The notes below the pieces were generated by a model, which saw nothing but the letters and a program-made list of their open reading frames with translations, did no database searches and had not been told where the DNA came from. Positions 55,746-64,000 of a stretch of 64,000 nt of DNA are shown one piece after another; positions within the stretch are counted from its first letter, which is position 1, and each line of letters opens with the position of its first letter. Both the position numbers and the translations under genes were made by a program. Origin of the DNA: Pseudobdellovibrionaceae bacterium (lineage in GTDB: Bacteria > Bdellovibrionota > Bdellovibrionia > Bdellovibrionales > Bdellovibrionaceae); the NCBI GenBank assembly GCA_039810425.1, contig JBDHWW010000005.1, forward strand, positions 1-64,000, in the 5' to 3' direction.

Positions 55746-57188
55746 CTAAGCGTGGGCGTTTTTGCCCGCACTTGTCAGTGGCTTTTGGATGATGTGGATC
55801 GCATGGCCTAGAGTCGCTTCCGCAGCTTCCATCATCGTTTCGCCCAACGTAGGGTGAGGATGGATCGACAAAGCGAGGTCTTCAAGGCGTGCGCCCATTT
55901 CAATTGCCAAAACTGCTTCAGAGATCAAGTTTGAAGCTTCAGGTCCCACGATGTGAACGCCCAATAAAACATTTGTTTTGGCATCGGCTATCATTTTTAC
56001 GAAACCTTCTGTTTCCATCATGCTGACCGCACGGCCGTTAGCACCGAATGGAAACTTCGCGACTTTCAAATCTGTGAAACCTTTTGCTTTCGCTTCAGCC
56101 TCAGTCATGCCGGCGGCGGCGATTTCTGGATCTGTGAATACAACCGCGGGAACTGTCTTCGCGTCGTAAACGCGATTGTAGCCCTTAATAACTTCCGCTA
56201 CCAAGATACCTTCATAGGAAGCTTTGTGCGCCAACATCGGTTGACCCGCGATATCGCCGATCGCAAAGATATTTGGCACATACGTGCGGCGTTGAGCATC
56301 CACCTTAACAAAACCTCGCTCGTCAACCGCAATACCAGCGGCTTTCAAGTTCGCCTGGTCTCCATTAGGACGGCGGCCGACAGTCACAAGAATTTTATCA
56401 GCTTTCAGATTTTCTTCTTTGCCGTTGACCTCAACAGTCACTTCGTAGCCGTCTTTTACTTTTTTCTGCCCCTTTGCTTTTGCGCCGTACATGAGCTTCA
56501 CGCCGGATCTATCCAGCTTACGAGTTACAATTTGTGCGCAGTCCGGATCAACAACGCCCGCAAGAAGTGAGCTTTGTGCCTCAACCACGGTCACTTCGCA
56601 ACCAAGCTTTCTTAAGTATGAAGAAATCTCGAGGCCGATGTAGCCACCACCAATCGTCACAACACGCTTAGGAATTTCGTCCCATGCGAGTGCGCCGGTG
56701 GATGAAACAATGTCCTTCTCGTCGAATTTGAAACCAGGAATTTCAATCGGGCGAGAGCCTGTCGCAACGATGAAATATTTAGCTTGAACGGCCTCTGTGC
56801 CTGAAGAAGATTTTACAGTGATTTCTTTGGAAGACTTGAATTCCGCATCACCGCGAAGAACAGTCACCGTGTTGCCTTTTAAAAGCTGATTCACCCCACC
56901 AGACATTTTATCGCAAACAGATTGTTTCCATTTTACGAGTTGTTTCATGTCTACGTCGATGCCGCCTTTGATATTAAGACCCATATCTTTGAAGTTGTGC
57001 TGGGCCTTGTGAAGTAAATGTGTCGCTGTGATCATCGCCTTAGAGGGGATGCAACCAACGTTTAAGCAAACACCACCGATGAACTCGCGCTCAACAACCG
57101 CAGTTTTGAAACCCAATTGGGCTGCGCGAATGGCGGCGACATAACCACCGGGACCAGAGCCAATAACTACTACGTCAAAATTTTGCAT
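55746..57188 (-). CDS. lpdA: Dihydrolipoamide dehydrogenase (E3)
   Basis: GSGPGGY, GGVCLNVGCIPSK, IGGGYIGLE, HPHPTLGE. Confidence 0.96.
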   Translation of the reverse strand: MQNFDVVVIGSGPGGYVAAIRAAQLGFKTAVVEREFIGGVCLNVGCIPSKAMITATHLLHKAQHNFKDMGLNIKGGIDVDMKQLVKWKQSVCDKMSGGVNQLLKGNTVTVLRGDAEFKSSKEITVKSSSGTEAVQAKYFIVATGSRPIEIPGFKFDEKDIVSSTGALAWDEIPKRVVTIGGGYIGLEISSYLRKLGCEVTVVEAQSSLLAGVVDPDCAQIVTRKLDRSGVKLMYGAKAKGQKKVKDGYEVTVEVNGKEENLKADKILVTVGRRPNGDQANLKAAGIAVDERGFVKVDAQRRTYVPNIFAIGDIAGQPMLAHKASYEGILVAEVIKGYNRVYDAKTVPAVVFTDPEIAAAGMTEAEAKAKGFTDLKVAKFPFGANGRAVSMMETEGFVKMIADAKTNVLLGVHIVGPEASNLISEAVLAIEMGARLEDLALSIHPHPTLGETMMEAAEATLGHAIHIIQKPLTSAGKNAHA

Positions 57189-57198
57189 CTGTGATCTC

Positions 57199-58839
57199 CT
57201 ACACCATGTCCATCATCAGACGGCCAGGGTTTTGAATGCGCTCAAGGAATGACTTCATGAAACGGGCTGCAACCGCGCCGTCGATCAGACGATGGTCACA
57301 AGTGACTGTGTAGTTCATTACTTTGATCGCCGCAAGCTGGCCATTTTTGATAACTGGTTTTTCGTCGATTTTATACATGCCCAAGATCGCCACTTCCGGA
57401 TGGTTGATCACCGGAGTTGCGTAAGTACCCCCCACAGAACCGATGTTTGTGATGGTGATGCCCGCACCCTTCATCTCATCCAGCTTCAACTTGCCATCGC
57501 GGGCGCGTTTAGAAAGATCCAAAATCTCTTTTGAAAGCTCAACGATGGTCTTTTGGTCGGCGTTCTTGATCACGGGAACAACCAAACCTTGCGGAGTATC
57601 AGCGGCGAAGCCAATGTTGAAGTATTTTTTGTAAACGATTTCCGAAGCAGCATCGTCAATCGACGCATTAAACATTGGAAATTCGCGGATTGTCGCGATC
57701 AATGCTTTCATGACGATTGGCAAGTACGTGATCTTCGTGCCGTTCTTTTCCGCGTAGTCTTTCAGAGACTCCCGGAAGGCAACGAGTTCAGTCACGTTTG
57801 CTTCATCCATCAAGGTAAAATGCGGAATGATTTGCTTAGAACGTTGCAAATTCTCGGCGATCTTACGGCGGATACCGATAAGAGGAATACGCTCTTCAAC
57901 GCCTGGTCCTCCTTGGTAAGCTGGACGGGGAATTGTCACGCCCGGAACTTGGGCTGGCATTGCCGCACCAGCGCGAGTGGCGCCGGCTCCCATAGAGCCG
58001 CCACCTTTGGCGCCTAACACGTCTTCACGGGTGACACGGCCGGCGAGGCCTGTACCACTCATGCCATTGATATCAACGCCCATTTCGCGGGCCAAACGAC
58101 GAGTCGCGGGAGTCGCCAAAACCTTAGAGTCCGCAACTGGTGGGTAAATTGGAGAGCCGTTAGAAGCCTGCGCCGCACCGAAGTTCAAGTGCGCTGCCGC
58201 TGGAATAGACGTCGTTACGGCGGCGGATTTGGTGGCCGCCGCTGGCTGAGTTGCAGGAGACGGAGCCGCTGCTTTAGGGGTTGCGCCCGCGCCACCTTCG
58301 AGAATCAACATGACACTGTCGACTTTAACGACGTCACCAGATTTGAATTTCAACTCTTTGACCGTGCCAGCGAGGGGCGTTGGCACTTCAACAGTGGCTT
58401 TATCTGTCATGACCTCAGCAACAGGTTGATCTGCTTTCACAACGTCACCTGGTTTTACCAGCCATTTTACGAGCTCACCTTCAGTGACGCCCTCGCCCAA
58501 TTCGGGAAGTTTTATAGGAGTCGCAGCGCCGCCGCCAGACGCTGAAGCCGCTGTCGTTGCAGAAGGGGTCGGTTTGCTTGCCGCTGGTTTCGCAGTTGCG
58601 CCCGCACTATCCAGAGTGATCATGATAGAGTCCACTTTCACGACCTGGCCTGGTTTAAATTTCAATTCTTTGACTATGCCCGCAACTGGAGTCGGAACTT
58701 CGACAGTCGCTTTGTCAGTCATAACCTCAGCGATCGGCTGATCGGCCTTTACGCTGTCACCTGGTTGAACCAACCATTTAACCAATTCACCTTCAGTAAC
58801 GCCTTCGCCTAATTCTGGAAGTTTTACATCCGTTGCCAT
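57199..58839 (-). CDS. pdhC: 2-oxoacid dehydrogenase E2 acyltransferase with two lipoyl domains
   Basis: Two EVMTDKAT lipoyl domains, ATPATRRLARE binding domain, DHRLIDG; PDH versus branched-chain specificity not resolved. Confidence 0.8.
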   Translation of the reverse strand: MATDVKLPELGEGVTEGELVKWLVQPGDSVKADQPIAEVMTDKATVEVPTPVAGIVKELKFKPGQVVKVDSIMITLDSAGATAKPAASKPTPSATTAASASGGGAATPIKLPELGEGVTEGELVKWLVKPGDVVKADQPVAEVMTDKATVEVPTPLAGTVKELKFKSGDVVKVDSVMLILEGGAGATPKAAAPSPATQPAAATKSAAVTTSIPAAAHLNFGAAQASNGSPIYPPVADSKVLATPATRRLAREMGVDINGMSGTGLAGRVTREDVLGAKGGGSMGAGATRAGAAMPAQVPGVTIPRPAYQGGPGVEERIPLIGIRRKIAENLQRSKQIIPHFTLMDEANVTELVAFRESLKDYAEKNGTKITYLPIVMKALIATIREFPMFNASIDDAASEIVYKKYFNIGFAADTPQGLVVPVIKNADQKTIVELSKEILDLSKRARDGKLKLDEMKGAGITITNIGSVGGTYATPVINHPEVAILGMYKIDEKPVIKNGQLAAIKVMNYTVTCDHRLIDGAVAARFMKSFLERIQNPGRLMMDMV

Positions 58840-58961
58840 GCTGAGATTGCTCCCTTCGAAATTAAAAAATTCATAGTGATTTAAACCCTATGGTTCTATG
58901 CTCAGGGATCGCCAATTGCATCGCTTTATGCCGCGGGTCATAGAGCGAAAGCTCGTGCCAC

Positions 58962-59007
58962 AAAAGAAAAGAGCCGTAGAGGGACGCTTGTAACCACCTA
59001 CGGCTCT
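58962..59007 (-). terminator. Terminator-like hairpin upstream of the E2 gene
   Basis: AGAGCCGTAG (58970-58979) / CTACGGCTCT (58998-59007); minus-strand TTTTCTTTT tail. Confidence 0.6.
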
Positions 59008-59097
59008 ATTTCCCGCGACTTTCGCCGCTTATTTATGCGCTAAATCAGATGACATACCGAAAGTATTTGAAACCCCCGCGGCTGTCTAGGCCTTCAG

Positions 59098-59144
59098 CGG
59101 GACAATATGTACCGATTATAGAGGTCGGGACAAATCGTTCCGAT
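59098..59144. promoter_or_regulatory. Tandem palindromic operator-like sites CGGGAC-N5-GTWCCG(AT)
   Basis: CGGGACAATATGTACCGAT (59098-59116) and CGGGACAAATCGTTCCGAT (59126-59144). Confidence 0.55.
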
Positions 59145-59184
59145 GCGCTTGCATTTGGCGGCGGGAACGGGATATACAGACATC

Positions 59185-59958
59185 ATGGAAGTCACGATTA
59201 AGAATTTACTCTTGCAAGAACTTACAAGAAGACAGACTCGCAACTCTTCTTACTCTCTCCGCGCCTTCGCCCGTGATCTCAGTATCGGCGCGACGACTCT
59301 GTCTGATGTTCTTGCCGACAAGAGGAGCCTTTCCAAGACGAATCTTGGGAAAGTCATGGAAAAGTTACTGGTATCACCAGTGGAAAAAGAAAAACTTTGG
59401 AGCGACTATAAAGACAATGTGAATCGCCCTCGGGAATTGGACGACAAGACCGTTCTTGAAGAAGATGTGTTCCGACTGATCGCGGACTGGCACTATGTTG
59501 CGGTCTTGAATCTCGCGAATATCAAAAATAATCAAGCGCGTCCCGAGTGGATTGCGAAGCGCCTGGGGATTAAAGCCGAGGAAGCTGAAGACGCCCTCGA
59601 ACGCCTGCAGCGCTTAAAACTTGTGAGGAAAGTTCATGGCCGTCTGGTGCAAACGGGACGCGACTTGGCCACGACGACAGATATTCCTTCTGCGGCGATT
59701 CGCAAACATCATAGTCAAAACCTGCGTTTAGCGGAAGACGCGCTTCATAACGTCCCGGTTGAATTTCGTGAGTTTGGCTCGGTAACGGTCGCCGCAAACC
59801 TTGAAAAATTGTCAGCGGTAAAACAGATCTTATTAAAAACTCGTAAAAAAATTAACGATCTGCTAGAAACTGGGGAGCCTTCTGAAGTCTATACGCTCTC
59901 ATTTCAGTTGTTCCCTCTTACAAAACTTCAGAGCACGACGGAGGAAGAAAATGGTTAA
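59185..59958 (+). CDS. HTH protein of TIGR02147/DUF4423 type
   Basis: YSLRAFARDL, DWHYVAVLNL, AIRKHH, VYTLSFQLFPLT; ATG 59185. Confidence 0.85.
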   Translation: MEVTIKNLLLQELTRRQTRNSSYSLRAFARDLSIGATTLSDVLADKRSLSKTNLGKVMEKLLVSPVEKEKLWSDYKDNVNRPRELDDKTVLEEDVFRLIADWHYVAVLNLANIKNNQARPEWIAKRLGIKAEEAEDALERLQRLKLVRKVHGRLVQTGRDLATTTDIPSAAIRKHHSQNLRLAEDALHNVPVEFREFGSVTVAANLEKLSAVKQILLKTRKKINDLLETGEPSEVYTLSFQLFPLTKLQSTTEEENG

Positions 59959-60973
59959 ATCTAATTTGAGAAAATTGAATCAGCTGGCCCAGGGTTGTTT
60001 GTTCGGTGTCTTGGTCTCATTGGCGAGCATGCCTTCATTTGCCGGCACTTTCGTGAATAACGGCGGCGGTCTTGCAGAGAAGAATATTCTCTACGCATAC
60101 GAAAAGTTAGATGCCTATCTTCAGCTTTGTTTGAGCTCGAATGCTTGCAAGTTGACGCCAGAGCAGGGCAGCTTGTTGTTGCAAATCTATCGTGCTCTTC
60201 CGCAAGAGCGCACGGCAAAACAATTGTCATTCTCTTCTGAAAAGCAAAATCCTGGTTTCTTCATGATCGACGGCAACGTACGTGTGGCTAAAACCGGTAA
60301 TGATGTCGGCAGCCCGGTCTATATTAATAGCGATTTGCTTTACACGAAAGAAGGTGACGGTGATAGTTGGGATCCCGTCAGCATTCCAGAAGCTGTGGCG
60401 ATCTTGGTCCACGAACTGGGGCATCACCAGGGAAAACATACCCATGAAGAGCTTGATTTGCTCGGTGTGCGAGTTTCTTTGTTGTTACAACAGAAGTTCA
60501 TTTCAACCCCGTTGATCCCTTGGGCTCCAAATGAGGTCTCTGCAAGTGTTTTGAATACGAACTTATTCAAAGGCTTCCCGCAGGTTCTTTTGAATGTGGG
60601 CGACGAAGTTCTGGATGTCAGCAGCATCTATGCTCGCGCAGTGCACTGCGAAGTTTTCACGTTGCCGATTCCAATTTTGCCGATCCCTGATTTGGAGCTG
60701 ATCACGAAAACTCCACTCGGCTCATTGTTTCATAATCTTCACTGGGAAAAGATCAAAGACAAGGGAAGCTACTTAACAGTCCAAATCACAGGCAATGTCT
60801 CAAACAATTGCCAATACCGGAATAATATCGGCATTCGTAACAACAACTTCCAGCTGAAGATCTCTTTCCGTATTAATAAGGTCGGCGATAAATGGGTGAC
60901 GGATAGGGATTCCATCACCATGGATCAGTTTAAAGACCCTTGGTGGAAATTGATCAAGTTGCCGGGCTCTTAG
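59951..60973 (+). CDS. Secreted HExxH protein
   Basis: Signal peptide ending SFA, NNGGG, LVHELGHH; 8-bp overlap with the upstream gene. Confidence 0.75.
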   Translation: MVKSNLRKLNQLAQGCLFGVLVSLASMPSFAGTFVNNGGGLAEKNILYAYEKLDAYLQLCLSSNACKLTPEQGSLLLQIYRALPQERTAKQLSFSSEKQNPGFFMIDGNVRVAKTGNDVGSPVYINSDLLYTKEGDGDSWDPVSIPEAVAILVHELGHHQGKHTHEELDLLGVRVSLLLQQKFISTPLIPWAPNEVSASVLNTNLFKGFPQVLLNVGDEVLDVSSIYARAVHCEVFTLPIPILPIPDLELITKTPLGSLFHNLHWEKIKDKGSYLTVQITGNVSNNCQYRNNIGIRNNNFQLKISFRINKVGDKWVTDRDSITMDQFKDPWWKLIKLPGS

Positions 60974-61053
60974 TCTGAACATCTAACAACATTTAAAGGG
61001 GCCAGTTTTGAACGCCTAAATTGATCAAAGAATCGGTATGAGACCTCTATTCG

Positions 61054-61980
61054 TCAGAGGTCTTCTTTTCTGAGCCAGCCCTTGCGGTAAATCCATGCAA
61101 GGATCGCCACGGCGATAGCGAGCATAATCCCCAAAGTCACAAAATAACCATGTTCGTGCTTTAGCTCCGGCATGTTTTCGAAATTCATGCCATAAATGCC
61201 TGCAATGAAGTTTAAAGGCAGGAAAAAGATCGATACCACAGTCAAGATGCGCATAATCTCGTTTGTTTTGAAGGACGCTTCGTTGGTCTTCTGAGACATC
61301 AAAGACAAGTGCAAACTTAAGAGGCCCGTGATTTCTTCATAGATGTTGTCCGTATAGAAAATCATGCGGTCGAGTGGTTCGCGAATTTCACTGACGTCAT
61401 CAATCGGAAACTCCGTGCGGAGTTTTAGCTTAATAAGCAGGTCCAATGTGAACTTGAAGACTTTGCGATAAGTAGAGGCTTGGCGTTTTATCTTGTAACC
61501 TTCGCGCAGAATATTGCGGCGGCGAAGAGCGAAGACGCGGCCTTCGATGATTTCTGTTTTACCTTCAAGCGCCTCAATCGGCTTATCGAAACTGAGGATC
61601 ACGCCGCTAATCATGTTGTGCAGGAAGTTGGTCTTGGTGAGATTTTCAAAATTGCATTTGTCCCGGCGGTCCGTGATGGTTTCGATCGGGCCGCGGTGAA
61701 TTGTCATGATGTAGTTTTCGCCCACGGCAAAAACGAGCTTGGTGGTCAGGGCTTGCATTGTAAAGGCGGACTCTTTGGCGTGACTATCGTGGTTGCGCAA
61801 AATAAAGAATGCGGTTCCATCAAAGAACTCAGCACGCGGCAAATGCTCAGGATCGAGGCTGTTGGCCAAAGGATGCAGCGGCAAACTGAACTCGCTGGCC
61901 AGGTTTACGAAATCTTGTTGGCTCGGGCCTTCGATATCAATCCACTGAAAGCCTTGCCATTGGTGCTCAAATCGTTTCAT
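61054..61980 (-). CDS. corA: CorA-family Mg2+/Co2+ transporter
   Basis: WIDI, TNEIMRILT, YGMNF..MPEL, two C-terminal TMs. Confidence 0.92.
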   Translation of the reverse strand: MKRFEHQWQGFQWIDIEGPSQQDFVNLASEFSLPLHPLANSLDPEHLPRAEFFDGTAFFILRNHDSHAKESAFTMQALTTKLVFAVGENYIMTIHRGPIETITDRRDKCNFENLTKTNFLHNMISGVILSFDKPIEALEGKTEIIEGRVFALRRRNILREGYKIKRQASTYRKVFKFTLDLLIKLKLRTEFPIDDVSEIREPLDRMIFYTDNIYEEITGLLSLHLSLMSQKTNEASFKTNEIMRILTVVSIFFLPLNFIAGIYGMNFENMPELKHEHGYFVTLGIMLAIAVAILAWIYRKGWLRKEDL

Positions 61981-62051
61981 GCGTCCTCGCTGGTTAAAAG
62001 CTTGCTCCGCCCCAGGGCTTATGTCAATTTAGGGCTTTCTTAGGAGAGAGA

Positions 62052-62786
62052 ATGAAATACAGCCGCCCCTTAGATGAAGGTATTTTTTTAAAGCGTTATA
62101 AACGTTTTTTTGCGGATATCGAGTGGAAGGGGGAACTGCTGACGGCGCATGTGCCGAATACTGGCAGTATGAAAAGCGTGAATAATCCCGGCGCACTTTG
62201 CCTATTTTCTCATAGTGACAATCCGGAAAGAAAATTGAAACAGACATTGGAAATGATCAAAGCTCCGAGTGGTTCCTGGGTCGGAGTAAATACAGCGACG
62301 CCGAACACCGTCGTACGCGAAACTCTTTTAGGCCTGGTGGGGCAAAACAGTGGAAAGCTGCCGGGAAACTGGCAGCACTGGGCGGGCTTCGATGAAGTAA
62401 AGCCTGAGTACAAAATCTCGGTGGAGACCCGCTTGGACTTTGCCCTTTCTAAAAAGAACTCAGATAAAAAACATTTTATTGAAGTGAAGAACGTGACGTT
62501 AGCCGAAGGAAGGATCGCCATGTTTCCAGATGCTGAAACCACGCGTGGCCAGAAGCATTTGCAAGAGCTGATGGATTTAATGGACCAGGGCCATACGACC
62601 GAGCTCCTTTTTACAATTCAGCGTAGTGATTGCAATGAGTTTTCTCCGGCGGACGATATCGATCCAGAGTATGGAAGGCTACTTCGGCAAGCGGCAGGGA
62701 AGGGGCTCAGGATTTCTCCGTTCGTCGTGGATCTGAGCCTCACGGAAGCGGTGTTGAGCGATAAGGTTCTCCCGGTAAAGATCTAG
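62052..62786 (+). CDS. sfsA: SfsA DNA-binding/nuclease-fold protein
   Basis: KRYKRFFAD, HVPNTGSM, IEVKNVT, FPDAETTRGQKHL. Confidence 0.93.
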   Translation: MKYSRPLDEGIFLKRYKRFFADIEWKGELLTAHVPNTGSMKSVNNPGALCLFSHSDNPERKLKQTLEMIKAPSGSWVGVNTATPNTVVRETLLGLVGQNSGKLPGNWQHWAGFDEVKPEYKISVETRLDFALSKKNSDKKHFIEVKNVTLAEGRIAMFPDAETTRGQKHLQELMDLMDQGHTTELLFTIQRSDCNEFSPADDIDPEYGRLLRQAAGKGLRISPFVVDLSLTEAVLSDKVLPVKI

Positions 62787-62914
62787 AACTGATCCCTTAC
62801 GCTGTTGATGAGGTCAGGAGTCTTAGGCATTAGAATGTATTTACAAAGTCCACGTGCCCTGGTTCCCTATTGGATTGCCTACCCGCGAACTTTGCCCCGG
62901 ATAGAAAAGGACAA

Positions 62915-62952
62915 AAAGAAAAACCCACATCTCGATAAAAGATGTGGGTCAT
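62915..62952 (-). terminator. Intrinsic terminator; copy 2 of a dispersed 38-bp element
   Basis: ACCCACATCT-loop-AGATGTGGGT with a minus-strand TTTTCTTT tail; 35/38 identical to 11200-11237. Confidence 0.8.
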
Positions 62953-62998
62953 TAAGACCCTGAACCGGGCCCTTGTTTCCGCTTCCGTTAAGGAAAGG

Positions 62999-63796
62999 TT
63001 ACTGTTTTTTGGTTTCGTCAGTTTTGCCCAAGTGACGATCGATGATCGTTTTGAACTCTGGGTATGGGTAAGCGCCCCGAAGAGAAACACCGTTGATCAA
63101 GAAGCCTGGCGTGCCAGAGAAGTTGAATTTCTTAGCTTCTTCCATATCGGCATTGATACGAGTCATGAGGCTTGGATCTTTCAAGTCCTTATCCAATTTC
63201 TTCATGTCCGCGCCGACTTTTTTAGCAGTGTTCTTCAAGAACTCTTCACCTTTAGCGCGAAGTTCCCCTTGGTTTTCGAAAACTGCGTCATGGAACTTTT
63301 CTGCTTTAGCGGCATCTTGTCTTGCGACAGCTTCGAAATATTTAGCAGCGGGCATGGCTTGAGGATGGAAGTCCAAAGGCAAGTGCTTGAATATAACGCG
63401 AACGTCGTTTGGATATTCGCTGCGAACTTGCTTAATAGTTTGGAAACCTTTTGAGCAGTATGGGCACTCGAAATCAGAGTACTCAACGATGGTGACTTTC
63501 GCGTCTTTGTTGCCAAAGATAACGCGGCTGTCATCAATAGCCGGCTTCAAAGGACTTGCGAACTCTTCGTCACGCTTTTTAGTTTCTTCAGCGACGGCCT
63601 TGTCTTGAGATTTTTTCTGAGCTTCTTGAGCGGCCTTATTCACCACCTCGATGAATTGGTCCGGGTATTTTTCGATCGCAACGAAAACGATGCTTGGATC
63701 TTTTTCGACAGCGTCCTTAATTTGTTTTGCGGATGGGGCGCAGTTAGTGAGTGCGAAAGCCATCGCAGAAAGCGCGATCAATGCTAATTTGTTCAA
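62999..63796 (-). CDS. DsbA/Com1-like thioredoxin-fold lipoprotein
   Basis: GGAGG RBS, lipobox LTNC, EYSDFECPYC, cis-Pro GTPG. Confidence 0.9.
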   Translation of the reverse strand: MNKLALIALSAMAFALTNCAPSAKQIKDAVEKDPSIVFVAIEKYPDQFIEVVNKAAQEAQKKSQDKAVAEETKKRDEEFASPLKPAIDDSRVIFGNKDAKVTIVEYSDFECPYCSKGFQTIKQVRSEYPNDVRVIFKHLPLDFHPQAMPAAKYFEAVARQDAAKAEKFHDAVFENQGELRAKGEEFLKNTAKKVGADMKKLDKDLKDPSLMTRINADMEEAKKFNFSGTPGFLINGVSLRGAYPYPEFKTIIDRHLGKTDETKKQ

Positions 63797-64000
63797 AGGA
63801 ATCCTCCACGATTAATTGAAATTACGTAAATTGTTATCTTCGTTAAAGCATTCTGATTCTTACATAAACTCAAGAGGCTCTGAATCAAAAAACGCAATTT
63901 TTGAGATACTGCGTTAGGATAAAGGAAGGACTAAGGTCCAGGTCCGGAAGAGAGTTTCTTTCTTTTCACCCCTGACGAGTCTGCTTACACTAGAAGCATG

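Noticed and set aside
58290..58830. Internal DNA repeat in the E2 gene
   Set aside because: Ordinary duplicated lipoyl domains
58944..58959. TGGCACGAGCTTTCGC (minus strand) as a sigma-54 promoter for E2
   Set aside because: GG-to-GC spacing is 11, not the required 10

Overview
Gene-dense bacterial chromosome segment, most likely from a Bdellovibrio-like predator (Bdellovibrionota). The clues are an FHA-GGDEF DgcB-like cyclase, two HTH/TIGR02147-type proteins, many secreted hydrolase-like proteins, and sigma-28/sigma-54 promoter motifs. Housekeeping content: tRNA-Leu(TAG), gcvT/H/P, tldD/E-like pair, epmA, ihfB, mutT, pyrD, gdhA, rfaE1, rlmN, PIN-PhoH, lpdA/E2, corA, sfsA and a DsbA-like lipoprotein. 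No CRISPR array, rRNA, transposase or integrase was found. Two things stand out. (1) An accessory block at about 34.0-41.8 kb holds three tandem paralogues that each fuse an XRE-type helix-turn-helix to an ABC1/UbiB atypical kinase domain; two of the three carry single-base frameshifts, and the catalytic motifs have diverged between copies. (2) A candidate ~72-nt sigma-54-driven small RNA at about 30308-30379 consists of two hairpins with identical CCCCCC loops, in a window where several genes use G5-G7 tracts as ribosome-binding sites. Also seen: a shared palindrome about 40 bp upstream of two sigma-54 promoters, near-identical terminators 52 kb apart with a compensatory base change, and an EpmA that seems to retain a vestigial LysRS-like OB-fold. 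All calls come from reading motifs by eye; no database searches were run.
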